64,000 nt of DNA from a bacterium (GTDB taxonomy: Bacteria > Hydrothermota > Tepidihabitantia > Tepidihabitantales > Tepidihabitantaceae), in assembly GCA_035505375.1 (NCBI GenBank), contig DATJQV010000075.1, forward strand, positions 83,393 to 147,392. Reading direction: 5' to 3'. Under the pieces are notes generated by a model. That model was not told the origin of the DNA. It did no database searches and saw only the letters and a program-made list of their open reading frames with translations. Position numbers and translations under genes: made by a program. Position 1 is the stretch's first letter. Every line of letters starts with the position of its first letter. Shown here piece by piece: positions 35,154 through 43,865 of this stretch.

Positions 35154-37976
35154 ATGACAGAATATCTTGACGGATTGATGAACTCCCTGCCGACGGTCAG
35201 GTCCCCGTTCGAGCTGGGCCGGGCCGCGATGAAGGCTTACAAGTGGGACAATGCCATTTTGCTCTTCAGGGTGGCGGCGAAGCAAGGGGCCGGCACCGAA
35301 CTTGTGGCGCTCGCAAACCTGGTCGGGTTGTGCCACGAGCCGCCCGGCAGGTGGCAGGATGCCAAGGAGAGTCACGAGGAATCGGCCAAGCTGGCGGAGC
35401 AGTTTGCCGACCGGTCGGGGAAGGCCGCGGCCTTCACCAATCTCGGGCGGCTGTGCTACGCCAAAGGCGAGCCCGACAAGGCCCTGAAGTACCACGAAGA
35501 GGCCCTGGTCTTGGCGAGCACGCCTCCGAATCCGCAACTGCAGGCCGACAACCTTTGCTGCATCGGCCGCATTGCCCTGTCCAAGGGCGAGCCCGACAAG
35601 GCCCTGAAGAACTTCGAGCAGGCGCTGACGGCGTACCGTGCGGCGAAGTACTGGCACGGCGAAGCAGCCGCCCTCAACGACATCGGGCTGGTTTGCCGCG
35701 CCACCGGCGAGCCCGACAAGGCCCTGAAGCTGCACGAGCAAGCCCTGGCGATTTACCGCGAGATTCACTACCAGCCGGGTGTGGCCGTAACCCTCGGCAA
35801 CATCGGCAATGCGTGCCAGGAGACGGGCAAGGCCGACCGTGCGCTGGAGTCCTTCGAGAAATCGTTGACGATGTCGCGCGATATCGCAAATCTGCAGATT
35901 CAGGCCGACAGCCTCAGCAATCTCGGCCGGGCTTACCTGATCCGACTCGACAACGCCAAGGCACAGGCCAACTTCGAGCAGGCGCTGAAACTGCAGCGCG
36001 GCATGGGCTACCAGACGGGCGTGGCGGCAAGCCTGAACGATTTCGGGCAGCTCTATTTGGCCCTGCGTCAACTCGACAAGGCACTGACGAATTTCGAGCA
36101 GGGGCTGGCGATTGGACGCACGCTGGCAAACCCGCAGTTGCTGGCAGCCAGTCTCACCGGCATCGGCACGGTCTCCCAGGACCGGGGCGAAAACGCCAAG
36201 GCGCTCAAGCACTTTGTACAAGCCCTGCAATTGTTCACTAACATCGGCGCCCGGTCGGGTGTGGAGCAGACTATCAAGCGGCTCAGGCCGCTGACAGCAC
36301 AGATGGGCGTCGACCGATTCCTGGCCGGGTGCGTCGAGGCCGGCATGCCGAAGCCGGAAGCCGAGAAGCTGCTCAGGCAATTGTCGCCAAGGGCCCCGGA
36401 GAAGCCGGCGGCCGCACCCGAGACGCCGGCGCGGCCCGCCAGGGAGGAAGCCGAGGCCAAGGCCCGCGCCGAGGCCGAGCGGGCCAGGCAGGAGGCCGAA
36501 GCCAAGGCGCGCGCCGAAGCCGAGCGCAGGCGGAAAGAAGAAGAACAGCGAATGGCCGCGCAGCGCGCCAAGGAAGAGGCCGAGGCCAGAACGCTGAGCG
36601 ATGCCGAGCGCAAGCGGCGGGAGGAAGAGGAGCGCAAGCGGAGAGAGGAAGAAGCGCGAGCTGCCGCGCAGCGCTCCAAGGAAGAAGCCGAAGCCAGAGC
36701 CCGGGCGGAAGTCGAGCGGAAGAAGAGAGAAGAAGAAGCGCGGATTGCAGCCCAGCGTGCCAGGGAAGAGGCCGAGGCCAAAGCCAAGGCCGAAGCCGAG
36801 CGCCGGCGGAAAGAGGAAGAGCGGAGACTCGCCGAGCAGCGTGCCAGGGAAGAGGCCGAGACCAGGCTCCGCGCCGAAGCCGAGCGCAAGCGGAAAGAGG
36901 ATGAAGCCCGCCGGGTCGCCGAGCAGCGCGCACGCGATGAGGCCGAGGCCAGACTGCGCGCCGAGACGGAGATCAAGCGACTGGCGGAACAGGAACAGCG
37001 GCTCGCCCAGCAACGCATCAAGGAAGAAACCAAGGTCAAGACTCGCCTCGATGGTGAACGCCGGAAAGTCGAGGAAGAAGAACGCCGGCTGGTTGAGGCG
37101 GAACGCAAACTCGTGGAGCGGCGGGGGCAATTGGAGGCCGAGGCCAAGGCCTACGCCGACGCGGAACCCAAGCGTAAGGAAGAGGAGCGCAGGCTCGCGG
37201 AGAGGCGGGCTCAGCTTGAGGCCGAGGTCAAAGCCTACGTCGAAGCCGAGCGTAAGCGGAAAGAGGAAGAAGCGCGGATTGCCGCGCAGCGCGCCAAGGA
37301 AGAAGCCGAGGCCCGAGCCCGTGCCGAGGCCGAACGCAAGCGGCGAGAGGAAGAGGAACGTAGGAAGCGCGAAGAGGAACAGCGCGCGCGGGAAGAGGCC
37401 GAAGCCAGAGCACGGGTCGAGGCCGAACGCAAACGACTCGAGGAAGAGGAACGCAACCTGAAGGAGAAGCGAGCCCGGCGGCAGGCCGAGGCCAAGGCCC
37501 GCGCCGAAGAGGAACGCAAGCTCGCGGAGCAACTCGCCAAAGAGGAAGCCGACGCCAAAGCCCGCGCCGAAGAAGAGCGCAAGAAGCTCGAGGAAACGGA
37601 GCGGAGGTTCGCCGAGCGCCGCGCCAAGGAAGAGGCGGAGGCCAAGGCCCGAGCCGAGGCCGAACGCAGGCTGGCCGAACTTCGCGCCAAAGAGGAAGCC
37701 GAGGCCAAAGCCCGCGCCGAGGCCGAACGCAAGCTGAGCGAACTGCGTGCCGAAGAGGAACGCAAGATCGCCGAGCACCGTGCCCAGTTGCAGGCCCAGT
37801 CCCAGGCCCGTGCCGACAAGGAACGCAGGCGTGCCCAGTTGGAGGCGGAGGCCAAGGCCCGAGCTGAGGCCGAGCGTAAGGAAGAAGAGGAAGAGGAGCG
37901 CCGCCTCGCCGAACGGCGCGCAAAGCTGGAGGCGGAGGCCAAGGCCCGCGCTGAACGCAAGACGACGCGCGGATAA
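35154..37976 (+). CDS. TPR-repeat protein with ~520-aa C-terminal E/R/K/A-rich single-alpha-helix-like domain
   Basis: Eight or more TPR units in the N-terminal 400 aa (GEPDKALKxxEQAL periodicity). From ~36400 there are quasi-periodic EAEAKARAEAERKRKEEE repeats. The antiparallel 1026-aa ORF is a shadow. Confidence 0.75.
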   Translation: MTEYLDGLMNSLPTVRSPFELGRAAMKAYKWDNAILLFRVAAKQGAGTELVALANLVGLCHEPPGRWQDAKESHEESAKLAEQFADRSGKAAAFTNLGRLCYAKGEPDKALKYHEEALVLASTPPNPQLQADNLCCIGRIALSKGEPDKALKNFEQALTAYRAAKYWHGEAAALNDIGLVCRATGEPDKALKLHEQALAIYREIHYQPGVAVTLGNIGNACQETGKADRALESFEKSLTMSRDIANLQIQADSLSNLGRAYLIRLDNAKAQANFEQALKLQRGMGYQTGVAASLNDFGQLYLALRQLDKALTNFEQGLAIGRTLANPQLLAASLTGIGTVSQDRGENAKALKHFVQALQLFTNIGARSGVEQTIKRLRPLTAQMGVDRFLAGCVEAGMPKPEAEKLLRQLSPRAPEKPAAAPETPARPAREEAEAKARAEAERARQEAEAKARAEAERRRKEEEQRMAAQRAKEEAEARTLSDAERKRREEEERKRREEEARAAAQRSKEEAEARARAEVERKKREEEARIAAQRAREEAEAKAKAEAERRRKEEERRLAEQRAREEAETRLRAEAERKRKEDEARRVAEQRARDEAEARLRAETEIKRLAEQEQRLAQQRIKEETKVKTRLDGERRKVEEEERRLVEAERKLVERRGQLEAEAKAYADAEPKRKEEERRLAERRAQLEAEVKAYVEAERKRKEEEARIAAQRAKEEAEARARAEAERKRREEEERRKREEEQRAREEAEARARVEAERKRLEEEERNLKEKRARRQAEAKARAEEERKLAEQLAKEEADAKARAEEERKKLEETERRFAERRAKEEAEAKARAEAERRLAELRAKEEAEAKARAEAERKLSELRAEEERKIAEHRAQLQAQSQARADKERRRAQLEAEAKARAEAERKEEEEEERRLAERRAKLEAEAKARAERKTTRG

Positions 37977-38078
37977 GAGCGCCCGGAGCGCAATCTCCGG
38001 TCCATAGTCGAGACATTTGTCCTGCGGCCGCTGGCCGCGGAAAACGGGCAGTGTCCACATCATAAAAGGTGGCTGAGC

Positions 38079-38240
38079 TTGACACGTGAGGGAGAATCGT
38101 GTCTAATCAGAAGGTCGGACACGAGCCCGGTGGTTGAGATGGCCGTGCGAGCTCGAAGCCGACGTCCGGCTGCAAGGGGAGGCCGGTCGGACGCCACATA
38201 AGCGATGAAGCCTCCAACTGGTTCTCTATGAGGAGGAAAG
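38079..38240 (+). promoter_or_regulatory. promoter (TTGACA-17-TCTAAT) plus conserved ~125-nt leader of paralog A
   Basis: The leader shares the core GCCGAC(A/G)TCCGGC(T/C)GCAA(G/C)(A/G)GGAGGCCG...CGCCTCC with the four downstream paralog leaders. Confidence 0.55.
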
Positions 38241-41078
38241 ATGCGCAAGACTGTGATGGCTATCATGCTCTCAATGGCGATGCTGGCAACAGCAGGCCTC
38301 GCGAACACCGCGACCGGCACAGCCGGAATGCCCAATCGGAGCCCGGTCATTCGGCCGATCCCGAAGCCGATCCCGGTGGTGCAGGCGCACGCTCCGGCCC
38401 TTTCCATCGCCAACACCACACTCATCCACTGGGACAAGTTCTATGACCGGCACGGCAACCCACTGCCGGCGGGCGCGCCGGAGGACGTCAGCCCAGACTC
38501 GCTCTACTGGAAGGACCTTAACAGCTCCATCTATCTGAAGTCGTCGGCGAAGGTCGCTAGTCCTTCCCCGGCCAACCGTTCAGCCATGTCGTTCCCGGAC
38601 GGTCAGTCCACGGTGTGCATGGACCCGGTCGGCAACTATGTCTACGAGGCAGATGGGGACACACTGTATCGGTTCAGCACGGTTGACGGTTCGATGACGA
38701 CATACACCCTGGCAGATAGCGGTGGATCCGGATGCGCGACCGACGGCCAGTACATTTACTGTCCGAACGGCACGACCATGTACAAGTACACGATGAACGG
38801 GAACTACGTCAGCTCAACCACCACGGACTACACCTGCGATGCTTACTCGATATCCTGCTGCCGGGATACGGTCTGGTTCACCAACGACCGGTACAACGGA
38901 GTGACCCTCTACGGCTATGCCTGCTCGAAGTTCACCGGCGGCAGCATCACGCACGACGCCACCTGGAACGTCGGCACCGGCACCGACGGAGTGGGCAATG
39001 TCGCCTGGGACGGCGTCTACTACTACCTCCCCTGGATTGGCACGAGGCCCATCACGTTCAAGAGATTCTATGCGGACCGGACACTCTACTCGAGCGGCAC
39101 CGTGAGCATCGACTCGCGCGGGGTGATGTGCTCGGTGCAGGGAGCGCGGTCGACGGCGCAGGATTCGCTCTACTGGAAGCTGAATTCCAGCACGACTAAC
39201 CTCTACTCGTCGCCCAAGGCGCAGGAAGTAACCGCGGCCCAGGCCTCGCCGTTTGCCTGGCAGAACAGCCAGACGATATCCTGCATGACCCCGGACGGGC
39301 TGTACATGTTCGAGGTCTACGCCAACAACATGCGCCGGACCAATCTCGCTACCGGCGAGGTAATCAATTACGCCCTTGCCGACTCCAGCGGCGGCGCGTG
39401 CGGAACCGACGGCCAGTATGTCTACGTCCCGAAGGGCACGATGACACGCAAGTACAATTTGACCGGCTCGCTCATCAGCACGACCACTACTGATTACGCA
39501 CCGGTGTTACTTGCCAGCACCTTCGGCTTTGGCGTAGCCAACGACACGGTGTGGCTGACACCAGTGGATACGGGCAAGACCTGGTACGGCTATGCGTGCT
39601 CGAAGTTCACTGGCGGCAGCATTACCCACGATGCGATGTGGTCCACTGTTGGCGGCGCTGTGACTGCGATGACCGTGACTTGGGACGGACAATACTACTA
39701 CATGTGCTGGGGCGGCCACCCCGCTGATACGCTCCTGCGCTTCTACCGCGACCGCACGCTCTACTCGACCGGTACGGTAACCGGCGACGCTCGCAGCGTC
39801 ATGTGCAAGGCGGGGAGCTACCCAGTGATGCTCTGCGAGGCCACCTCCTATCCGGATCACGTCGCGAGTTTCAGCCTGATGCTCGTGGACTCCTCCGGTG
39901 GCAAGTTCGCGGCGGCTGACACGTACCACATCGGCACCAGCGGGCATGACGCGTTCCCGGCTACTGATTGGTACAACCACGGCTACCGCGCGATAATGAC
40001 TTTCACCGACCAGACCCCTACGGATCCGTCCGGTCTGGGCGACAGCATGGCACGGTTCATCCAACTGGGCGGTGGCGTTGTTGAGGCCACATTCTCGGAC
40101 TGCACGAACTGGCAGATAACCGGTAACTGGCGCTTGATGTACGCCCCATTCACAGTGCAGAGCGCGTCCTTCTCTTCGGGCACCATGGGAACGGTGCACC
40201 AGCCGCTCCATCCGGTCATGCTCGGCGTGTCCGCGCTCAGTGTAGGCGACTACCGCAGCGGCAACACCGACAGCACTCTGCGCGGCCAGCATTCAGTCTG
40301 TCTCTCCGAGTATACTGACGGCAACATATGCCTTGCCGCGTGCTTCGATAGCGCGGGTCAGCGTGCGCTCTCGATCGGCATGGACCCCATGGATTACTGG
40401 ATCACGCCCACCACCGGCCAGTGGTGCAGGCTGATGGTGAACGCACTTGACTGGGTTGCGGTCGGGCCCAGCGTGGGCGTGACCGCGCCGAATGGCGGCG
40501 AGACCTGGGATGTCGGCTCGGTCCACAATATCACCTGGACCCAGACCGCCAACGGCGTCAGTGATTCTATCTACTACTCGACCGACGGCGGTGCGAGCTG
40601 GACCGGCGTGACCTGGTTCGCCGCTCCGCCGAGTCCGCTCCAATACGCCTGGACCGTTCCCAACGATACCACCAAGCAGGCCCAGGTGAAGCTTGTGACC
40701 TGGAATTCGGACGGCGGCAGGGTCGAGGACGCAAGCGACGCCGACTTCACGATCGCGCCGCCGATGGCAGTCGAACAGCCTCGGAACAGCGCCTTGCCGC
40801 TGGTGTTCGCGCTGCATCAGCCCCAGCCGAACCCGGCAACGTCAGGCGCAACAGTCCGCTACGACCTGCCGCGACCGGCGCAGGTCGAGCTGAGCATCTA
40901 CGATGTGTCCGGCGCGCTGGTGCGGCGGCTCGTGCGCGGAGCGCAGACCGCCGGTTACCGGAGCGCGTACTGGAACGGGACCGACAGTCGCGGCCGTGCC
41001 ATCGCGCCCGGCGTGTACTACTGCCGGTTCACGGCCGGCGACTCTCATGCGACACAGAAGCTGGTCGTGCGGAGATAG
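38241..41078 (+). CDS. large secreted T9SS-sorted surface protein, paralog A (internally duplicated N-module)
   Basis: Signal peptide. Two copies of the WDKFYDRHGNPLP...CSKFTGGSITHDA module. A GPI-anchor-like/Ig module (TAPNGGETWD...SIYYSTDGGASWTG). C-terminal sorting domain (RYDLPRPAQVELSIYDVSGALVRRL...GVYYCRF). Confidence 0.7.
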   Translation: MRKTVMAIMLSMAMLATAGLANTATGTAGMPNRSPVIRPIPKPIPVVQAHAPALSIANTTLIHWDKFYDRHGNPLPAGAPEDVSPDSLYWKDLNSSIYLKSSAKVASPSPANRSAMSFPDGQSTVCMDPVGNYVYEADGDTLYRFSTVDGSMTTYTLADSGGSGCATDGQYIYCPNGTTMYKYTMNGNYVSSTTTDYTCDAYSISCCRDTVWFTNDRYNGVTLYGYACSKFTGGSITHDATWNVGTGTDGVGNVAWDGVYYYLPWIGTRPITFKRFYADRTLYSSGTVSIDSRGVMCSVQGARSTAQDSLYWKLNSSTTNLYSSPKAQEVTAAQASPFAWQNSQTISCMTPDGLYMFEVYANNMRRTNLATGEVINYALADSSGGACGTDGQYVYVPKGTMTRKYNLTGSLISTTTTDYAPVLLASTFGFGVANDTVWLTPVDTGKTWYGYACSKFTGGSITHDAMWSTVGGAVTAMTVTWDGQYYYMCWGGHPADTLLRFYRDRTLYSTGTVTGDARSVMCKAGSYPVMLCEATSYPDHVASFSLMLVDSSGGKFAAADTYHIGTSGHDAFPATDWYNHGYRAIMTFTDQTPTDPSGLGDSMARFIQLGGGVVEATFSDCTNWQITGNWRLMYAPFTVQSASFSSGTMGTVHQPLHPVMLGVSALSVGDYRSGNTDSTLRGQHSVCLSEYTDGNICLAACFDSAGQRALSIGMDPMDYWITPTTGQWCRLMVNALDWVAVGPSVGVTAPNGGETWDVGSVHNITWTQTANGVSDSIYYSTDGGASWTGVTWFAAPPSPLQYAWTVPNDTTKQAQVKLVTWNSDGGRVEDASDADFTIAPPMAVEQPRNSALPLVFALHQPQPNPATSGATVRYDLPRPAQVELSIYDVSGALVRRLVRGAQTAGYRSAYWNGTDSRGRAIAPGVYYCRFTAGDSHATQKLVVRR

Positions 41079-41124
41079 CGGGCGTGTAGACAGCAGACAG
41101 TAGACAGGATACAGCACAACGGTC

Positions 41125-41153
41125 GGGGCGAGCTTCGGCTCGCCCCTTGGTTT
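41125..41153 (+). terminator. GC hairpin + T-tract terminator after paralog A
   Basis: GGGGCGAGC-TTCG-GCTCGCCCC followed by TTGGTTT. Confidence 0.55.
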
Positions 41154-41203
41154 GACACCGGCCGCGCGAGGCGTGCAGAGCCCGAATCACCGACTGGTCT
41201 GGC

Positions 41204-41366
41204 TTGACAGCATAGGGACGCGAGTGTTTAATGAGACACGCTCGCACGAGCTCGGTGGTCGAGATTGGCCACCGCTGGTCTGCAGCCGGCGTCCGGCTGC
41301 AAGAGGAGGCCGACCGGACGTCGCACAGGCGTTGTCGCCTCCAGTTCGGTTCGCCAAGGAGGAAGA
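41204..41366 (+). promoter_or_regulatory. promoter (TTGACA-17/18-TTTAAT) plus conserved leader of paralog B
   Basis: Near-identical to the other four leaders. Confidence 0.55.
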
Positions 41367-43517
41367 ATGCCCAAGACGGTGATAGCTCTGATGCTACTAG
41401 TCGTGACGCTCGCCCCGACCGGGTTGGCGGCTACGACCGGACTGACCGCGAACCCGGTTTCGGAAGCTTCAGTTCAGTCTACCACTGGCCCGACCTGCCA
41501 GGCCGCAAGGCAGGCATTGGCCTCAGCACCCGCGCGCGCAGTTGTTCACTGGGAAAGGTCCTACGACCGACACGGCAACCCGCTGCCGGGTGGGCCGCAG
41601 GAGAACGTCGGCACCGACTCGCTCTACTTCAAGAACTACTACTCGCTGACGGCCCTGTTGGGTAGCCCTAAGTCGGAGGTCCCGAATCCAACCCCGGAGA
41701 GCTGCGGGCCGGCGTTCGCATGGCAGCTCAACCAGACCTCGGTCGGGATGGACCCGTTCGGCAACTACTGCTACGAGGTGTACAGCACCACGCTGCGCCG
41801 GACCAGCACGGCTGACGGCAGCCACACGGACTATACTATCGGACACGGTTACTGGGCGTGCGGCACTGATGGCAGCTACGTCTATGCACCGGTCGGCGAT
41901 ACAGTCTTCAAGTACACGCTGACCGGCACGTTGGTGAGCTCGACACTGCTCGACGTTACTCCGACATGGTACGAGTTCTCGGTGGCGAACGACACCGTCT
42001 GGTGCGCCCCCGGAGACAGCATACTGCATGGCTACGCCTGCTCGAAGTTCAGCGGCGGTTCGATAACGACCGACGCGACCTGGAACGTCGGTGCCGGCAC
42101 CAATACTCCGGCGCTGGTGGGGTGGGATGGCCGCTACTACTACGTATCCTGGGACGGGCAGACGTCAAATACCTTCAAGCGGTTCAACGCCGACCGGACC
42201 CTCTCGGCCAGCGGGATGATCAGCATCGACACGCGGGGCGTGATGTGCAAGCGGGGTAGCTACGGGGTGAAGGTCTGCCATGGCTCGTGGCATCCTTCCT
42301 ATCTGGCGAGTCTGCGTCAGATGCTCCTCGACTCCTGCGGCGGGAAGTTCGCAGCGGTCGACACGTACGACATTAGCTTAGGAGCCCACGCCACGTTCCC
42401 GGCGACCGAGTGGTATGACGGTGGCTATCGGGCGATACTGGTGTTCACCGACGACAATCCCCAGGATTCCATCGCGCTGGGCGATTCCCTCGCGCGGTTC
42501 ATACAGCTCGGCGGCGGCGTGGTTGAGGCCGTATTTGCGGACCAGCCCAAAAACGACGTCCGGGGTGAGTGGCGTTCCGTGTATGCTCCATTCAGCATCG
42601 AGAGCACGTCCTACTCTGCCGGGTCCATGGGCACGGTACATCAACCGCTACACCCGATAATGACGGGAGTCTCCGCACTGACGGTCGGCAGCTTCCGCAC
42701 TGGCAACAAGCCCGGCACGCTGCGTAGCGCCAACTGCGTGAGCCTGGCGGAGTACACGGACAACAACTGTGTCGCCACCTGCTTTGACAGCGCGGGCCAG
42801 CGGGCCGTCTCCCTTGGCACAAACCCGGAGGTGTACTGGCTCTCGTCGGCTTCCGGCCAGTGGTGTCGGCTGATGGTGAACGCGCTCAACTGGACTGCGG
42901 TCGGGCCCAGCGTGGGCGTGACGGCGCCGAACGGCGGCGAGACCTGGGATGCCGGCACGGTCCACAACATCACCTGGACCCAGACCGCCAACGGCGTCAG
43001 CGACTCGATTTACTACTCGACCGATGGCGGTTCATCCTGGATTGGTGTGACTTGGTTCGCCGCACCGCCGAGCCCGCTCCAGTATGCCTGGACAGTCCCG
43101 AATACACCGAGCACACAGGCTCGGGTCAAGGTTGTGACTCGGGACGCGGACGGCGGCAGGGTCGAGGACGCAAGCGACGCCGACTTCACGATCGCGCCGC
43201 CGATGGCACTCGAACAGCCTCGGAACAGCGCCTTGCCGCTGGTGTTCGCGCTGCATCAGCCGCACCCCAACCCGCTGGCGTCGGGTGCACAAATCCGTTA
43301 TGACCTGCCGCGCCCAACGCAGGTCGAGCTGAGGATCTACGACGTGTCGGGTACGCTCGTGCGGCGGCTGGCGGGCGGAGCGCAGACCGCCGGTTACCGG
43401 AGCGCGTACTGGAACGGGACCGACAGCCGCGGCCGGACGGTCGCGCCTGGTGTGTACTACTGCCGGTTCACGGCCGGCGACTTCCGCGCGACACAGAAGC
43501 TGGCCGTGCGGCGGTAA
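41367..43517 (+). CDS. large secreted T9SS-sorted surface protein, paralog B
   Basis: Start at ATG 41367 after an AAGGAGG RBS, where the signal peptide MPKTVIALMLLVVTLAP begins. Same domain order as A, D and E. Confidence 0.7.
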   Translation: MPKTVIALMLLVVTLAPTGLAATTGLTANPVSEASVQSTTGPTCQAARQALASAPARAVVHWERSYDRHGNPLPGGPQENVGTDSLYFKNYYSLTALLGSPKSEVPNPTPESCGPAFAWQLNQTSVGMDPFGNYCYEVYSTTLRRTSTADGSHTDYTIGHGYWACGTDGSYVYAPVGDTVFKYTLTGTLVSSTLLDVTPTWYEFSVANDTVWCAPGDSILHGYACSKFSGGSITTDATWNVGAGTNTPALVGWDGRYYYVSWDGQTSNTFKRFNADRTLSASGMISIDTRGVMCKRGSYGVKVCHGSWHPSYLASLRQMLLDSCGGKFAAVDTYDISLGAHATFPATEWYDGGYRAILVFTDDNPQDSIALGDSLARFIQLGGGVVEAVFADQPKNDVRGEWRSVYAPFSIESTSYSAGSMGTVHQPLHPIMTGVSALTVGSFRTGNKPGTLRSANCVSLAEYTDNNCVATCFDSAGQRAVSLGTNPEVYWLSSASGQWCRLMVNALNWTAVGPSVGVTAPNGGETWDAGTVHNITWTQTANGVSDSIYYSTDGGSSWIGVTWFAAPPSPLQYAWTVPNTPSTQARVKVVTRDADGGRVEDASDADFTIAPPMALEQPRNSALPLVFALHQPHPNPLASGAQIRYDLPRPTQVELRIYDVSGTLVRRLAGGAQTAGYRSAYWNGTDSRGRTVAPGVYYCRFTAGDFRATQKLAVRR

Positions 43518-43556
43518 GCAGACAGCATTCAGTAGGCAGTAGACAGGATACAGGTC

Positions 43557-43579
43557 GGGGCGGCCTGCGGGCCGCCCCT
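43557..43579 (+). terminator. GC hairpin terminator after paralog B
   Basis: GGGGCGGCC-TGCG-GGCCGCCCC, preceded by a TAGACAG repeat array. Confidence 0.5.
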
Positions 43580-43707
43580 GACCGTCATGGCGGCGTTGAT
43601 AAGAAGGGAGCGGTGCACGGTCCACGGTGTACGGTTCACGGATAGCGGCCTGAGGCTTGAGCTTGTGCTTGAGCTGCGACGCAGTCGCCATGGCGGGGCT
43701 GGCTTTG

Positions 43708-43865
43708 CTTGACAGCTTGTCGTGCTGGGTGTTTAATGAGGCGGCTTTGCACGAGCGCAGCGGTAGGAATCGTCTGCTACCGGCTCGCAGCCGACATCCG
43801 GCCGCAACAGGAGGCCGGCCGGACGCCGCAAGAGGAGTTCCGCCTCCGGTCATCGGGGAGGATAT
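43708..43865 (+). promoter_or_regulatory. promoter (TTGACAGC...TGTTTAATGAG) plus conserved leader of paralog C
   Basis: Shares the SD-like GGAGGC, the anti-SD-like GCCTCC and the true SD GGGGAGG triad. Confidence 0.55.

Noticed and set aside
34983-38063. 1026-aa minus-strand ORF of G/L/R repeats (LGLGLRLQL...)
   Set aside because: It is exactly antiparallel to the TPR/ER-K gene, whose N-terminal TPR repeats are unmistakably coding. GC-rich periodic repeats keep the opposite frame open. There is no signal of independent coding.
41083-41110. TAGACAG / TTGACTAATAC / 12-nt repeat arrays as possible CRISPR arrays
   Set aside because: The units are too short (7-12 nt) and are directly adjacent, without unique spacers. 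No cas genes are present. They are not CRISPR.
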